Source: Octopus sinensis (Eukaryota). From it: a stretch of 64,000 nucleotides of DNA. The translations under genes were made by a program, and so were the position numbers. The stretch's first letter is position 1, and every line of letters begins with the position of its first letter. The DNA lies in assembly GCF_006345805.1 (NCBI RefSeq), contig NC_043013.1, positions 13,206,001 to 13,270,000 of the forward strand, written 5' to 3'. Shown here in pieces: positions 40,215 through 52,869 of this stretch. The notes beneath the pieces were generated by a model. It saw only the letters and a program-made list of their open reading frames with translations, had not been told where the DNA came from and did not search any database.

Positions 40215-43200
40215 TGTTGTGGAAGAATCCTGAACACTCCCACTTGACTGAAAGTTGACAGTGTTGGTTGACCGTATTGATTACTATGTTAGGGCGATGT
40301 GTCTAGGTTTAATATCGTACCCACGTTCAAGTGGCACGGGTTCCCTGTAAACATAATAATCCTGCAATAGGTTATTTTAGGTAACCACATGTTAGATATT
40401 TATTTGGGTAATACTTTTTTACACCCCGACGTGTAAACGCATGTTATAACATTTTTGGCGATGAGATTATTTCGAAGCTCATGCTGGGCAGATTGTTGCT
40501 AGAACACGGGAAGTTCACCAGCTGCTCTAATTCAAACAGAGCAACATGAACAATGACAGTTGTTGTTGATACAAAAACAGCAACAAAACTAGCAACTGTA
40601 GAAGCAGCAGCAGCAGCATCAACGGTTGTTGAGGTTTCAGAAGCAATAGCAAATCTTAGTACAGCTAATACAGAATAAAATAGAAAATACATTCAGTTCA
40701 TTCACTCCTGACATGGTCGCAAACTCCATAGGAGAACTCGCATGTGACCTAAATGAGGGCAGTAACTTTCCTGCTTACGTTTGAAGGTATAAAGAAATTC
40801 TTAGTGAAGAAGGCTTTGACTGACAAGATGAAAAATCTCGACTCTCATTGAGAAAGTTAGGGCTAGCCAAGATGAGAAATGTTGCTATTACATATTATCA
40901 AAGAGACTGGGTGAAGTTTGTTTTGAAGAAACTGTGGATACTGTATCCAAAATTTTCAATGAAAAATTCTTTATTTGATATGAGCTGGTACTGCATAAAT
41001 AATACAAAAAAGAGGACGATGATTTTATTACATATGCTGAAATTGTTATAAGGGAATGCGAGAGATTTAAAATCAATGAATTACCAAAATTCTTAATTTT
41101 CATAATGGCAAATGCAGAAATTTGTAACTGAATGCTGACTAAATTTGAGCAGAATCAGAAGCTAACACTACAAGGAATAGCTGGGGAATGCTGGAGAATA
41201 ATAAACTTAAGACATGATAGGAAACAAATTGAAGTGATTAACTGCTCTTATATACAGTAATGAAAAGCAGAAAACTAATCCATATAAAAATCTAAAATGC
41301 TTCAAGTATGGTATGATAGGTCATACAAAATCACACTGGACTCCCCTCCACCAAAAAATTAGCTAGAAAAGAGTTCAATAGAAAAATAATGTCATGAAAT
41401 ACATGAAATACAAATGGGATGCAAAGGAAATTTATGGATGTAAAAATTAATAAGAAATGTAAAATAACAACTAGATACAGGTAATGACATTACTTTAATT
41501 ATTGAAAACACATGGAAAAGAATCGGGAAATCTATGCTACAAAAATCCTCGATGATTGCACGTGGTATCTCAGGAATTAAATTAATTTCTAAAGACAAAA
41601 TTAGCAGTAAGATTTTAAAGGCGAAATCTTATGTATAAAAAAATACAAGCAACCTTTCTGGGATTGACTGGATGGAACTGTTTGACTTATGGGATTTGTA
41701 CATAAACAAGATTTGTAAAAATGTAATGGAGTCATACGCTAGTTCAAATTCAGAGGTAGAAAGTTTTTGAAAAGAAGTGAATAAAGTAGTCCCCTGATGG
41801 TCTTTTGGACAAGTAGGATCAGTGCAATAAATTCAAAGCCAACTTTTAGGTAAAAGAAAATTCATTATTGGTTTTCAAACACACAAGTAATTTACCATTT
41901 GCAACAATGGAACAGATAAATAAAGAATTAGACAGACTGTAAAAAATTAGAGTAATTGGAAAGATTGATTACTCAGGCTGGGCGAGTTCAATAGTATATA
42001 CGTTAGAAAAAAGTACAATAAAATACGTGCTTGTGCAATTTTCTCGACAGGAGTAAGAGAATATTTAAGACAGTATTAGTGCCCATTACCTATCCCAGAG
42101 GAAATCTTCTCGAAACTGAATTGTGGTAAATTTTTCTCGAAATTAGATCTTTCTGATGCAAATTCAAGTGGAAGATGAATGTTCTAAGCTACTAACAATT
42201 AATACCCATAAATGTCTGTAGAAATTTACTCGGCTTCTGTTTGGCATAAAAGTTGCTCTAGCTATAATCCATCGAGTGATGGCTGTGATGCTAGCAGAGC
42301 GTGACTTCATAATGGCCTATGTGGATAATATATTAATTAAAAGTGAATCCCAAGATCAGCATGTCACGCATGTAAAATGTGTTTTTGAAAAAGTAAGCGA
42401 TTATGTTTTCAAACTGAGCGAGGAGAAATGCGAATATTAAATATTTAGGACAACACATTGATAAAAATTGTGATTGACCAGATCCACCGAAGGCAGATGC
42501 GATTTAAAATATACTTCACTCCAATAAGTATGTCTACCTTACAATCCTATTATATATACCTGATAATCTATTATGAAATTTATATACCAAATATGCACAA
42601 GGTAACAGCTTTACTAAATAATCTACTAAAAAAGATGTGGAAATGGTCTGAAAATTGTCAGAAGGTTTTCGTCGAAATTAAAAGATATTATCATCAGATT
42701 TGTCTTTAACACATTTCGATCCTGCAGTGGAGATTACAGTACCTTTAGATGTCAGTGGGTACAGTATCGGAGCAGTAATACTACATAAATATGAAGATGT
42801 TACCATCATGAAGACTGTGGCTCATGCCTCACGTTCACTGTTACAGCAGAAATAAATTACAGCCAAATCGAAAAAGAGGCTCTCGCGATTATATTTACAG
42901 TGTAAATATTTCATAGATTTTTAGACCTTATAAATTTTTGACTACAGACATATCATCGTCTGTTATTATCTATATATGGGTCATAGAAAGGAATACCTAC
43001 CCATACTGTGAACAGATTGCAATGCTGGGGTATCATATTACTAAATTGTGATTTTTAAGGCGGAGTTCATACAATCTAAACATTTAGGACACACCGATTG
43101 TCAATATTGATACCAAAAAATACTGAGCCGTTTGAAGACGCCGTGATTGCTGCGTTGGGAGCGAGAAAAGAAGTTTAAAAATATTCTATGTCATGTCACA

Positions 43201-44688
43201 TGTGAATTATCAGTTACATTACAAGACAAAATTAAAATCGGAAAACAATGAATTTATTTAGAAAATGAAAGGAATTGTGAAGGCTGAAAAAATGAAATAA
43301 AAATATGTGTCTTGCAGAACGCAACACAAATTCGAACCTTTTCTCAATTTGTGACAATGTGTTAATGTACACACAAGGATTAGTAGCGCCAGCTACACTA
43401 CAGAAAGGAATACTAAAGAAATTTCACATTGGCCACCCAGGGATTTTTGAGAATAAAATCATTCATCAGAACTTATGTGTATTGGCCAACGATGGACCAT
43501 GACATTGAAGAACTAGTGAGAACATGCAGAGGTTGTGCCCTAGCAGCAAAATCATCAACCACAAAATGGCAACAGATAACCCATTCTCTTGAATGCATGT
43601 TGATTAAGCAGGGCCACGTAACAGTTCATATTACCTTTTTGTGGTAGACAGTTCTTCTGAGCGGCTTGAAATGCATAAATGTAAAAATCCGACATCCCCG
43701 GTTACAGTAAACTTTTTACACAAATCATTCACCGGATATGGTATTCTGGATACCAATGTATCTGATAATGGAACTCATTTTACTCCAGACAAGTTCAAAA
43801 AATCTTGTAAAATGTTCGTTATCTAACTTGTGACTACGCTGACGTATCAACTAATGTCAAATGGACAATCGTTTTATCGATGCTTTTAAGAGTGTTTTAA
43901 TAAGGCGAACAATGAAGTAACGGATGACCTAACACTTCAACAATTTCTATGAATGTACCGAGTAACACCTAATCCAAAAACCCCGTCTGGAATGTTACCT
44001 GCAGAATTAATGTTCCTTAGAAAGTTTAGATTCGTCTTTGACAAGTTGTTACCGAGTAACATAGCAAACATTAAATATAATTCAAAATATCTCAAGATAG
44101 CTGATATAGTTTTCTTTAAAATATATAGAAAGGGTAAAGAAATGTGGCAGGGCAGTGTGATTACTAAAGAGATTGGAAAAGTGTTATCTTTGGTAAAAGG
44201 TAAAAATTTTGAATATAAAAGACAAACCTGCTTAGAAAACGATTTACGGAAGAAACGGCCACGAGAGATGAAATTCCCAAGGAAGTACTTTATGATATGT
44301 TTGAGGTACCAACACTTAAATAGATTGAAACCACATGTCCAAGTGCCAGAAAAAGGAAAAGAACCGAACCACTGGAATTAGACCCTAAACGTAAAAGATA
44401 TTAAACTCCGTATGAGTTTAATTCTTAAAAAAGGAAGATATGGCAGAATCGTGAACACCCCCTCCCACGTGACTGAAAGTGGACTAATGGATTTCAATGA
44501 GTAAGAACTGTGAGAACTGTCAAGGCAGTTGACAGTCTTGGTCGACTGTATCGTTCCTACATTCGAGTAATTTCGAGCGCATTCCCTGTGAACATAATTC
44601 TGCGATAGGTTATTCTACACAACCACATTCCAAATATTTATTTGGGTAATGTTATTTTACAACCAACGTGTACATGCACGTCATAACA
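40215..44688 (+). mobile_element. Decayed full-length Ty3/Gypsy LTR retrotransposon
   Basis: LTRs at about 40215-40451 and 44439-44688 (both end in ataaca); PBS-like tggcgatgag; PPT aaaaaaggaaga; gag knuckle remnant, protease LDTG (41474), LPIPEEIFSKL..KLDL, YVDN (42318), YSQIEKEALAII, HIGHPG, SDNGTHF. Confidence 0.9.
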
Positions 44689-44989
44689 AAGAAGGAGACT
44701 CAGAAAGACAAGGGGTGATGCTTTGGGGGCCAGTCTCAAGTTGCTGATCCTTGGAGATGTCAAAGGACCAAGATATTTAGCACCTTGCTGTGCTTGAGAA
44801 AGCCTGCCCACCACAGCAGAACTAATAACCTACTCCTCTGGCACATGCTTGTTCGTGAAAAGCTCTACCTCACCACAATTCCCACTGCGTCAGGAAACTT
44901 TTGCTTCACATTTCATGTCCTACGCTCATCACTTGTTTATCCCTGATATTATTCCTCTACTATAATAGGCAATTATTATGTACCTCAAC

Positions 44990-45391
44990 TTTCGTCATTT
45001 CTCCATTCCAGTACTTCCCAGAAACATTTCCTTTCCTCATTATCTTCCTCCAGCCATGCTCTCTCTCTCTCTCTCTCCCCTCCCTACTCAACACAAATAG
45101 AACCATTTCTATGTCTCATTATCTTACTTCAATCATTCCTTAACTCCTCTCTGCTAGAATCCATCCTTAGAACGTTTTCCTTTCCTTATTTTATTCCACT
45201 AACTTCCACAAATTTCACATTTCCTCCCCCATTTATAACCACTTCTTTCTTTAACTTTCATTACTTTCACTCTTCTCCACCTCCAAGAAGTACTTCCATT
45301 CCTAATTATCTTCCTCCAGCCATGATCCTCTTTCCTCTGCTAGACTCATACTTAGAACCACATTCGTTACACATTCTGTTCTTCTAGCTAT

Positions 45392-45451
<60 letters not shown>

Positions 45452-46440
45452 CTGTTAAACTCCGTCTTTAGAACCTCTTCCATTCTTCATTCCCTTCCTC
45501 CATCCATGCTCTGTCCACCTCACCACAGTTAGACTCTTTCCTTAGAACCACTTTTATTTTTTCTCCATTTTCCTCCAGTGACACTCCCTGTTTCTGCTGC
45601 TAGACTCCATCTTAGAACCACATTCTTTCTTCATTATCTTCCTCCATCCATGCTATATCGTCCCACTTCTAGACTCCATCCTCAGAACCATTCCCATTGG
45701 TCTCTATCTTCATCCAGCAACATTCTCTTGCTCCTCTGCTAAATCCCATCCTCAGAACAACTTCCTTTTCTCGTTAATATCCTCCAGACATGCTGCCTCT
45801 CACCTCTCCTGGATTCCATTCTCAGCACTAATTCCATTTCACTCTGTCTTCCTCCAGTCATCCTCCCTCACCTCTCTGCTAGACTCCATTCTCATAACTT
45901 CTTTTTCTCATTATCTTTCTCCAGCTATGCTCAATTTTCCCTCTACTAGATTCTATGCTTAGAACCACTTCCTTTCCTCATTATTTTCTTCTACCCACAC
46001 CCTCTCACTCCTTAGCTAAACTCCATCCGTAGAACTATTTTCTTTCCTCATTAACTCTCTCCAGGCATACTCTGTCTCCCTTCTGCTAGACTCTATCTTT
46101 AAAACAACTTATTTTCTTCATTATATTTCTCCAGCCATACTCTCGCTTCCCTCTGCTAGACTTCAAATTCATAACCACTTCTATTTCTTTCTATATTCCT
46201 CTCTTCTTTGTCAGACTCTTGTCTTAGAACCACTTGTTTTTCCTCTCTATATTCTTCCTCTATATTTTTCCTCTCTATATACTTTCTCTCTCTGCTCTGC
46301 TAAACTCCATACATAGAACCACTTCCTTTTCTCATTATCTTGATTAAGCCAGGCTCTCCTCCCCTCTGCTAGACTCCTTCATTAGAACCACATCCATTTG
46401 TCTCTATCTTACTCCAGCCATTCTCACTCTCACATCTGCT
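44990..46440. repeat. Diverged 70-bp pyrimidine-rich minisatellite (about 15-20 units)
   Basis: cttagaacca-like anchors at 45541, 45611, 45681, 45751, 45821 and 45891; consensus ctgctagactccatcttagaaccacttcctttcctcattatcttcctccagccatgctc. Confidence 0.85.
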
Positions 46441-46821
46441 GAACTCCCCATTTCTTGTCAGGCCTACCCACACTATGACTTCTAGGTTATCTATTTACAA
46501 GATCCAAGAATTCATTAGCAATAATCTCTGAATTGTAGTTTATTCATGTCTTTTCCTCACCAATCTCAGATGTCCTGTAAAGATTATGGATGGTACCCTT
46601 CCTCCTTTAATTAAGCTCTGTTCCATCAAGGGTGAGGTCCCTCAGCAAACATCATTTGTTATCTATTTTACTATTAGTGTAGCCTGGATGACATTATTTA
46701 TCATTAGGGCACCAAGGTAAGAAGTCTATCTTGTTTGTGACATCAGTGTAGATCTTATATTATTCTTTATATGCAACTTTCTTTCATCACTATAAAAAGT
46801 TGAAATAATTTGTCTTTCTAG

Positions 46822-47012
46822 AATAACGCTACTGAGAGATGAGATCAGAAAGGAAATTATCCGTAAATTTAAAAAGAATTTGAATAAAGATGAGATAAAT
46901 GAGCTGTTTAAATGTGTGATTAAGTCCCTGAAACAACTACACTTGTTATCTGTTTACAATATACACTCAGGTGAAGACTTTGATGTGGTAATCAAGAAGG
47001 CTGTGTTCAAAG
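46822..47012 (+). CDS. TRPM-family channel exon G (RITLLRDEIRKEII...HLLSVYNIHSGEDFDVVIKKAVFK)
   Basis: tctttctag acceptor, G|gtaata donor, 191 nt (phase 2 to 1, concordant with exon F); resembles the TRPM L-x-x-VF...D-x-D-x-AIL-x-AL-x-K end of MHR2. Confidence 0.9.
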
Positions 47013-47439
47013 GTAATAAAAAATATCTAAAAAGTTTCTGGAATGCCAGTGTTTTACATGTTGTCATTAGCATTGTACTTTGTCTGTGGTAAAGACATTT
47101 AACTTAAAAATTCCCCTTCTCTACATTACTGTAAATAGATATTAAAAACAATATGCTTGTATAATTGCTGAACCGATGAATATTTCCCAGATTTGAGGTA
47201 CCAAATTTGATCTTATCCATAGAAATAATTACTTGAAAATTGTTCTCATCTAGAACATGATATATAAACTAAAGATAAGAAGGGGTCTAGAGCACGGACA
47301 ACAGAAGCTTATAGAAAGATAAACATTACTGCTCTTTAACATCAAACTTACTGATTTCATAAAAATATTGCACTTTTCTACCTCAAATTGGTTCTCATAA
47401 TGTGTAATATTATTCAATAAAACTATTTTGCATCATCCT

Positions 47440-47850
47440 CATCATCATTGTTTAACATCTGCTTTCCATGCTGGCATGGGTTGGACAGTTTGACTGAGGA
47501 CTGGTGAGCCAGGAGGCTGCACCAGGCTCCAATCTGATCTGGTAAGGTTTCTACAGCTTGATGCCCTTAACACCAACAGCTCTGAGAGTGTAGTGGGTGT
47601 TTTTTACATGCCACCGGCACAGGGGCCAGTCAAGCAGCATTGGCATCAACCATTTTCGAATGGTGCTTTTCACGTGCCACTGGCATGGTAGCCAGTCAGA
47701 TAGCACTGGCATCAACCACACTTGTATGATGCTTTCTACGTATCTCCAACACTGGAGCCAGTCCTACAACACTGGCATCAACCACACTCTAATGGTGCTT
47801 TTTACATGCCACTGGCATGGAAGCCAGTCAGGCAGTACTGGGATTAACCA
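47440..47850 (-). mobile_element. RTE-type tail element with four ~66-bp internal tandem repeats
   Basis: catcatcattgtttaacatc tail; repeats anchored at 47600, 47668, 47733 and 47800. Confidence 0.7.
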
Positions 47851-48529
47851 TGGCAACAAGTGTTTATTAGAGGCAATCTATTAAATAAATTTTATTTTCC
47901 CTTTAGTATAGTGATGACTTTTATCAATTGCCTTTATTTATATTCCGAACATTAAAACAGTAATCCTATCTTACATTATCTATATTATAAACAAGTTTTA
48001 TTGTCATTGTTCAGTCAGTATGACACTTATATAGATTGTTATGAAATATTTTTGATATTTGGCAATGAATATTATGAATATTATGTTCTTCAAGAACATG
48101 ATAATTATTTTAATTTCATGCAGTGAATATATATTTAACCCAGTAGTTATTTGAAATATCAGTGAATGTGTTTTTACTGTTTCCTATATGTTGGAGAGGA
48201 CAGATTTTGTCTCAGTATGCAGCACAGCAAGTACACATAATTGACAAGCCACCACAAGATTGTATGCATCTGGCATTCTCTTGAGTTACTGCCAGGAGGA
48301 ATTTTGGTCTCTTTCCTATATGTGTTTTAAATAAAGCATATCTATAGAGATTTTCTCTCAGCTAAAAACAGCAGCATCGTGACTATAAACTGTGTATATA
48401 TATTCAATATTATACATAAGTAAATAATATCAGGTTGTAACAAAGTTCTGTCTGTTTTTTAAAGTTCAGTAAAAGAATTTTAAAAAGCTATTGTATTTAT
48501 TTAATCAATAATATAGTTACTACTCTCAT

Positions 48530-49200
48530 CTGTGACCACTTTCCATCTGTTTTTTAATGCCACGTTCATAAAATCCTTAGTTTTAGAAGGGAAAAGGGAA
48601 ATTACAGCTTCTACTTTTCAATTAAGTCTTAATCCACTGAAATGATTTTGTAAACTTTTAAAGAGACGATAATCTGTTGGTGCAAGATCAGAAGAATAAA
48701 GTGAGTGATGCATAATTTCCCAGGTCTATTTTTCTCAAACTTCTTTGGCCATTTTTGCAGTGTTAGGATTATTATGATGAAGGATGATTTCATTTTTGTT
48801 TATTAATGATGGGTGTTTTTGATGCATGGCTGCTTTCAAACATGCTAGCTTTTGGCAGTATAGATTGGTTGTTATTGTTTGGTTATCCTGTAGCAGCTTG
48901 GAATGAATTATTCCATGCATATCCTACCATAATTTCAGAAGAATCTTCCTTAGATGCCAACCACTTCTGGACTGCTGAGTTGGATCTTCACCACAAATGA
49001 GCCACAGATGTTTTCACTAAACATTATGGAAAATTATCTATTTCTCATCTCAGTTAAGTCTCTATCAAAAAAGGTATTTGGGCATCAAAATGATGCACAA
49101 CAATCAACATGTCATTTGCAATTGTCTGCAGAGAGCTCATGCAAAACCCATTTTACAACTTTTGACACTTTATATAAACTCAGAACACTATCTGGCAGAA
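48530..49200 (-). mobile_element. Mariner transposase remnant
   Basis: HGIIHSKLL...TITTNLYCQKL...IILHHNN, YSSDLAPTDY, FYERGI; frameshifts and stops. Confidence 0.85.
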
Positions 49201-49214
49201 ATACTAAGGGTTTC

Positions 49215-49430
49215 ACCTAGCACACTAACAATTCTGCCAGCTCACTGTTTTGTGAAATAATATGAACAATAAAAAAAATTGGTTATAGGTGTAAGGTCCG
49301 ACATTTTGGGGAGGGGGCCAGTTGATTAGATCGACCCTAGTACACAACTGGTACCTAAATTCATCGACTCCGAAAGGCAAAGTCGACCTAGGCGGAATTT
49401 GAACTCAGAACGTAAAGATAGATTGTCGCC
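49215..49430 (-). mobile_element. SINE family B fragments
   Basis: gacctaggcggaatttgaactcagaacg and ctaacaattctgccagctc segments. Confidence 0.65.
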
Positions 49431-49692
49431 TTGGTCTGAAGGAATATTATAAGATGTCATATTAGCCATATTGATGATATTAAATATTTTGATTTAGTTA
49501 AAGGACATTTTAATATAAAATGAATTATTTTTTGTGAAATCTATGTTACAGCAAAGAATAAATTGAAATATTTGCTGTTTTCATTGAAGTGGAGAAAAAT
49601 TTATAGATACCTGTATACCCTACTTTCAGACGGGATTCACTGGCAAGTAAGATAATATATATATTATTATTTATGTTGTGAACCATTAGTAA

Positions 49693-49735
<43 letters not shown>

Positions 49736-50229
49736 CGTGTCCGTATACACACACAAACCAATGGAAATAGACAGTTGAGATCCATGAAGGTAGAGTCCAA
49801 AAGAGTAAGAAGATCCAGTGGTAATCCGGGTGGAGTGGTGCATATGTGTGTGTATACATATGTGTGTGCATGTCTGTATATGAACCTATACACATATTCA
49901 TTAAAATTTAGCAAGAGCAACAGAGTGACTCTAGGTCCGACATTTTGTGGGTTGACAGGAGCTCTTGATCCTCGAGTCACTGTGTTGCTCCTGCTACATA
50001 TTAATTAAGTATACACGTACTCATACTTTGAGTTCTGTTTCTTCTGTTTGCATCAATAAATCCCTAGATATATGTTTTCTTTATCAACTGTCTATCCACG
50101 ACCTGTTTACAAAGTGTCTTACGAAGTCCACTACATTGTCTATGTTTGACTATGGTACCGATCCCTGTGCTTCTATATATTATCAGTTGCTACCTCAAGG
50201 ATAACATGGAACGGTCCGATTTAAGGTAT

Positions 50230-52700
50230 TCTACAAAAAATGTCCCTATACCTTCTAATTAGGTCTACACGAAAATGTTACTAGAGAAAAAGATAGGATT
50301 TATAAGGCATAGGAGATGGAAGGCATTTTACTATGATCAAAGTACACCACGTTCAGAGGCTAATACATACAATATCAAAGACACCACCTAGAATCAAGGA
50401 ACTTGATTCCTTCAAGAAGACCTACTGGGCATAATGCACAGGCTGAAATTCCATAAGGCCTCTTCTCTTTTCAAAGCAAATTCTGTGAAGATATACAAAA
50501 TATAAAAAACTCTAACAGGTCCTTAATCTTCTCGGATTAGACTAAGAGCTTATACATGATAGATACATACACTTACATTAGGCTTTTAAATGATTCAATC
50601 ATACAAAAATACAGACGCTCTTCCACACACTTACATTACCATTAACTATGAGGTTAAACAAATAGCAGTTAACCTAGGCATAGCAAACAGAGTAGAAATC
50701 TTATCCAAGAGAAACGCTTTTATAACTCTGAAAAATCACAAGACAAATTTTGCCTCCAACCCCAAATGCCACCTAATCAACCTGGCCAAGTCTGAGATTG
50801 GCATGGCAAGTAAGTATATACCAAGAAGATTAACGATGACATAAGAAGATACATGAGCCTCCCTCTATGGTGCAGCACCAATGAGGTAACCTCATGGTTT
50901 ATTGCCAACTGCGACAGAGACAGGGCTAGATTTACACAGTTCGACATTGTCGACTTTTATCCATCTATTTCTAAAGAGTTATTAATGAAGGCACTTACCT
51001 TTGCCAAAAGCTTCACAGAAATTACTAATAATAATACTAGAGTTATCATGCATGCCATGAGGACGGTACTGTTCAGCAAAGATTCTACATGGGTTAAGCA
51101 ACCTGACCCTGAGGGCTCATTTGATGTAGCTATGGGAACATATGATAGCGCCATTGTCTATGATCTTATCGGATTGTACATCCTGGACATCTTAGAGAAG
51201 AGGTTTCCTTCAGTCCTCTTCGGTCTCGACAGAGATGTCCTAGTCATCTCTAGGGGAGCCAACGGCCACACATTAGACTTAGAAAAGATCTAATTAGCAC
51301 CTTAGGCTCAATGGATTTCAAGATCACCATTGAGACTAATCTCACCACAGAAGATTTCTTAGATGTTATTAGATTTGGTACATACAGGTCCTAGCACAAG
51401 CCAAACAAGAGACTGTCTTATATTAGCACAGACTCCAACCACCCCCTATAGTTTTCAAGAACCTAGTGAAAAGTGTAAACAAGAGAATCTCAAATCTATT
51501 CTCAAACCAAGCAATCTTCGAAGCCACTGCCTCCTTCAACAGTAAGGCACTGGCATCGAATGGGTGCCTGTTCCTAGCACCTGGGAAAGAAAGCCCCGCA
51601 GAAATGTCGTTTGGTTTGCTCCACCGTTAACACTCAATGTCAAGACTTGTATGTGAAAGATTTTCCTTAGATTGATAAGCAAACATTTCACACACACATA
51701 GATACAGGTATATATTTAACAGATACAACCTGAGACTCTCCTTTAGTTGTGCACCTAATGTAAAAAAACATTTTAACAAGTACCCACAATACAAGGCATG
51801 AGGCAGGTTGCTCTTGCAGGACATATAATAACTGTCCAGTAGGAGGCCGATGTGAGACTGAAGTGGTCATCTGTGAGGCTACGGTGATACTTAGGCCCGA
51901 TATCCGCAATAACAGTTATGTACCAGCAAAAAGCAATATTATTAGCTGATCAGCTAGTTCTCATGACAATACAATTGCCAAGCCCAGAGATAATAACCAG
52001 TCTAAGACCAGCATTACAGAGAATGTCACTGAAGACCTCGGTATCGCCACCATGGATAATGAACAAACCATAGAAAGAAGAGTGACCAGGCCTGCAATGT
52101 ATGTTACCACCAGTACCAACGCTGTACCTAGAAATAATGACCTATCCAGGACAAGGGACTTGGAGGAGGTATCCACCATTCCCAGTTCCACCACCTCAGA
52201 AGATGACCAAATATTTATCTTCGACACCAATGGGATGACCAGCCCCACACTATATGTCATAGGGGTGCGAATAGGCCTATACCTTATGTGTGTAAATATA
52301 TTGGTTCTACAAGTTCTGCGTTCAAGCGACGTTTTCTTAACCACCAGTCATCCTTCAGAGTCCCAGAAAGATGGTTTGAAACATCTTTGGTCCGCTATGT
52401 ATGTCATCTCAAAGATCAAGGGACCCCGTGTGATATCAGGCAGAAATTAATTGATCAATTAAGCCTGTATATTAATGGAAGTGGCCGTTACAAGATCTGC
52501 ATTGCAGAGAGAGCCAAAATTCTGAAGGACTATAAAAAACCTGGTGCATTCAACAGCCACAAGGAAGTGTTTTCTAAATGTACTTACTCAAAAATTGGAT
52601 CGCCACAATTGCTAGTTAGGCCTCTTCAGATCTATAAGGGATTTTCTCCCTCTGATTCAGGTAAAATAACCTGCCCTCATTAACGTTTTTATTAAGAAAT
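50230..52700 (+). mobile_element. Penelope-like element, Naiad-type RT plus C-terminal GIY-YIG, decayed
   Basis: ITLKNHKTNF..NPKCHLIN..KSEIG, FDIVDFYPSI, FDVAMGTYD, damaged GLDRD active site, CSC...CPVGGRC, YIGST..FKRRF.NH.SSF. Confidence 0.85.
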
Positions 52701-52869
52701 ATTCCTCGAGCTCTGAGAGTTCCCTTATGTCTGCAACGCAGATATTTTAAATTTTGTATTCGTATAGAGTCTGACGAGCTGTCCACAAGGCTTTGCTTTG
52801 TGTAGCTTTATAACCAAGATATAATTTTTTGTTGCTTATACATACATACATATATATATAGGAGGAGAG

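Noticed and set aside
44990-47850. Regularly spaced repeats as a CRISPR array
   Set aside because: Whole units are similar, with no unique spacers and no cas genes; these are minisatellites.
48806-49000. VAAWNELF as the TRPM LAWNR exon
   Set aside because: It is the antisense frame of the mariner transposase remnant.
52690-52800. CTGAGAG and CTGACGAG as a hammerhead at the Naiad 3' end
   Set aside because: No downstream GAAA, stem III or paired stem I found.
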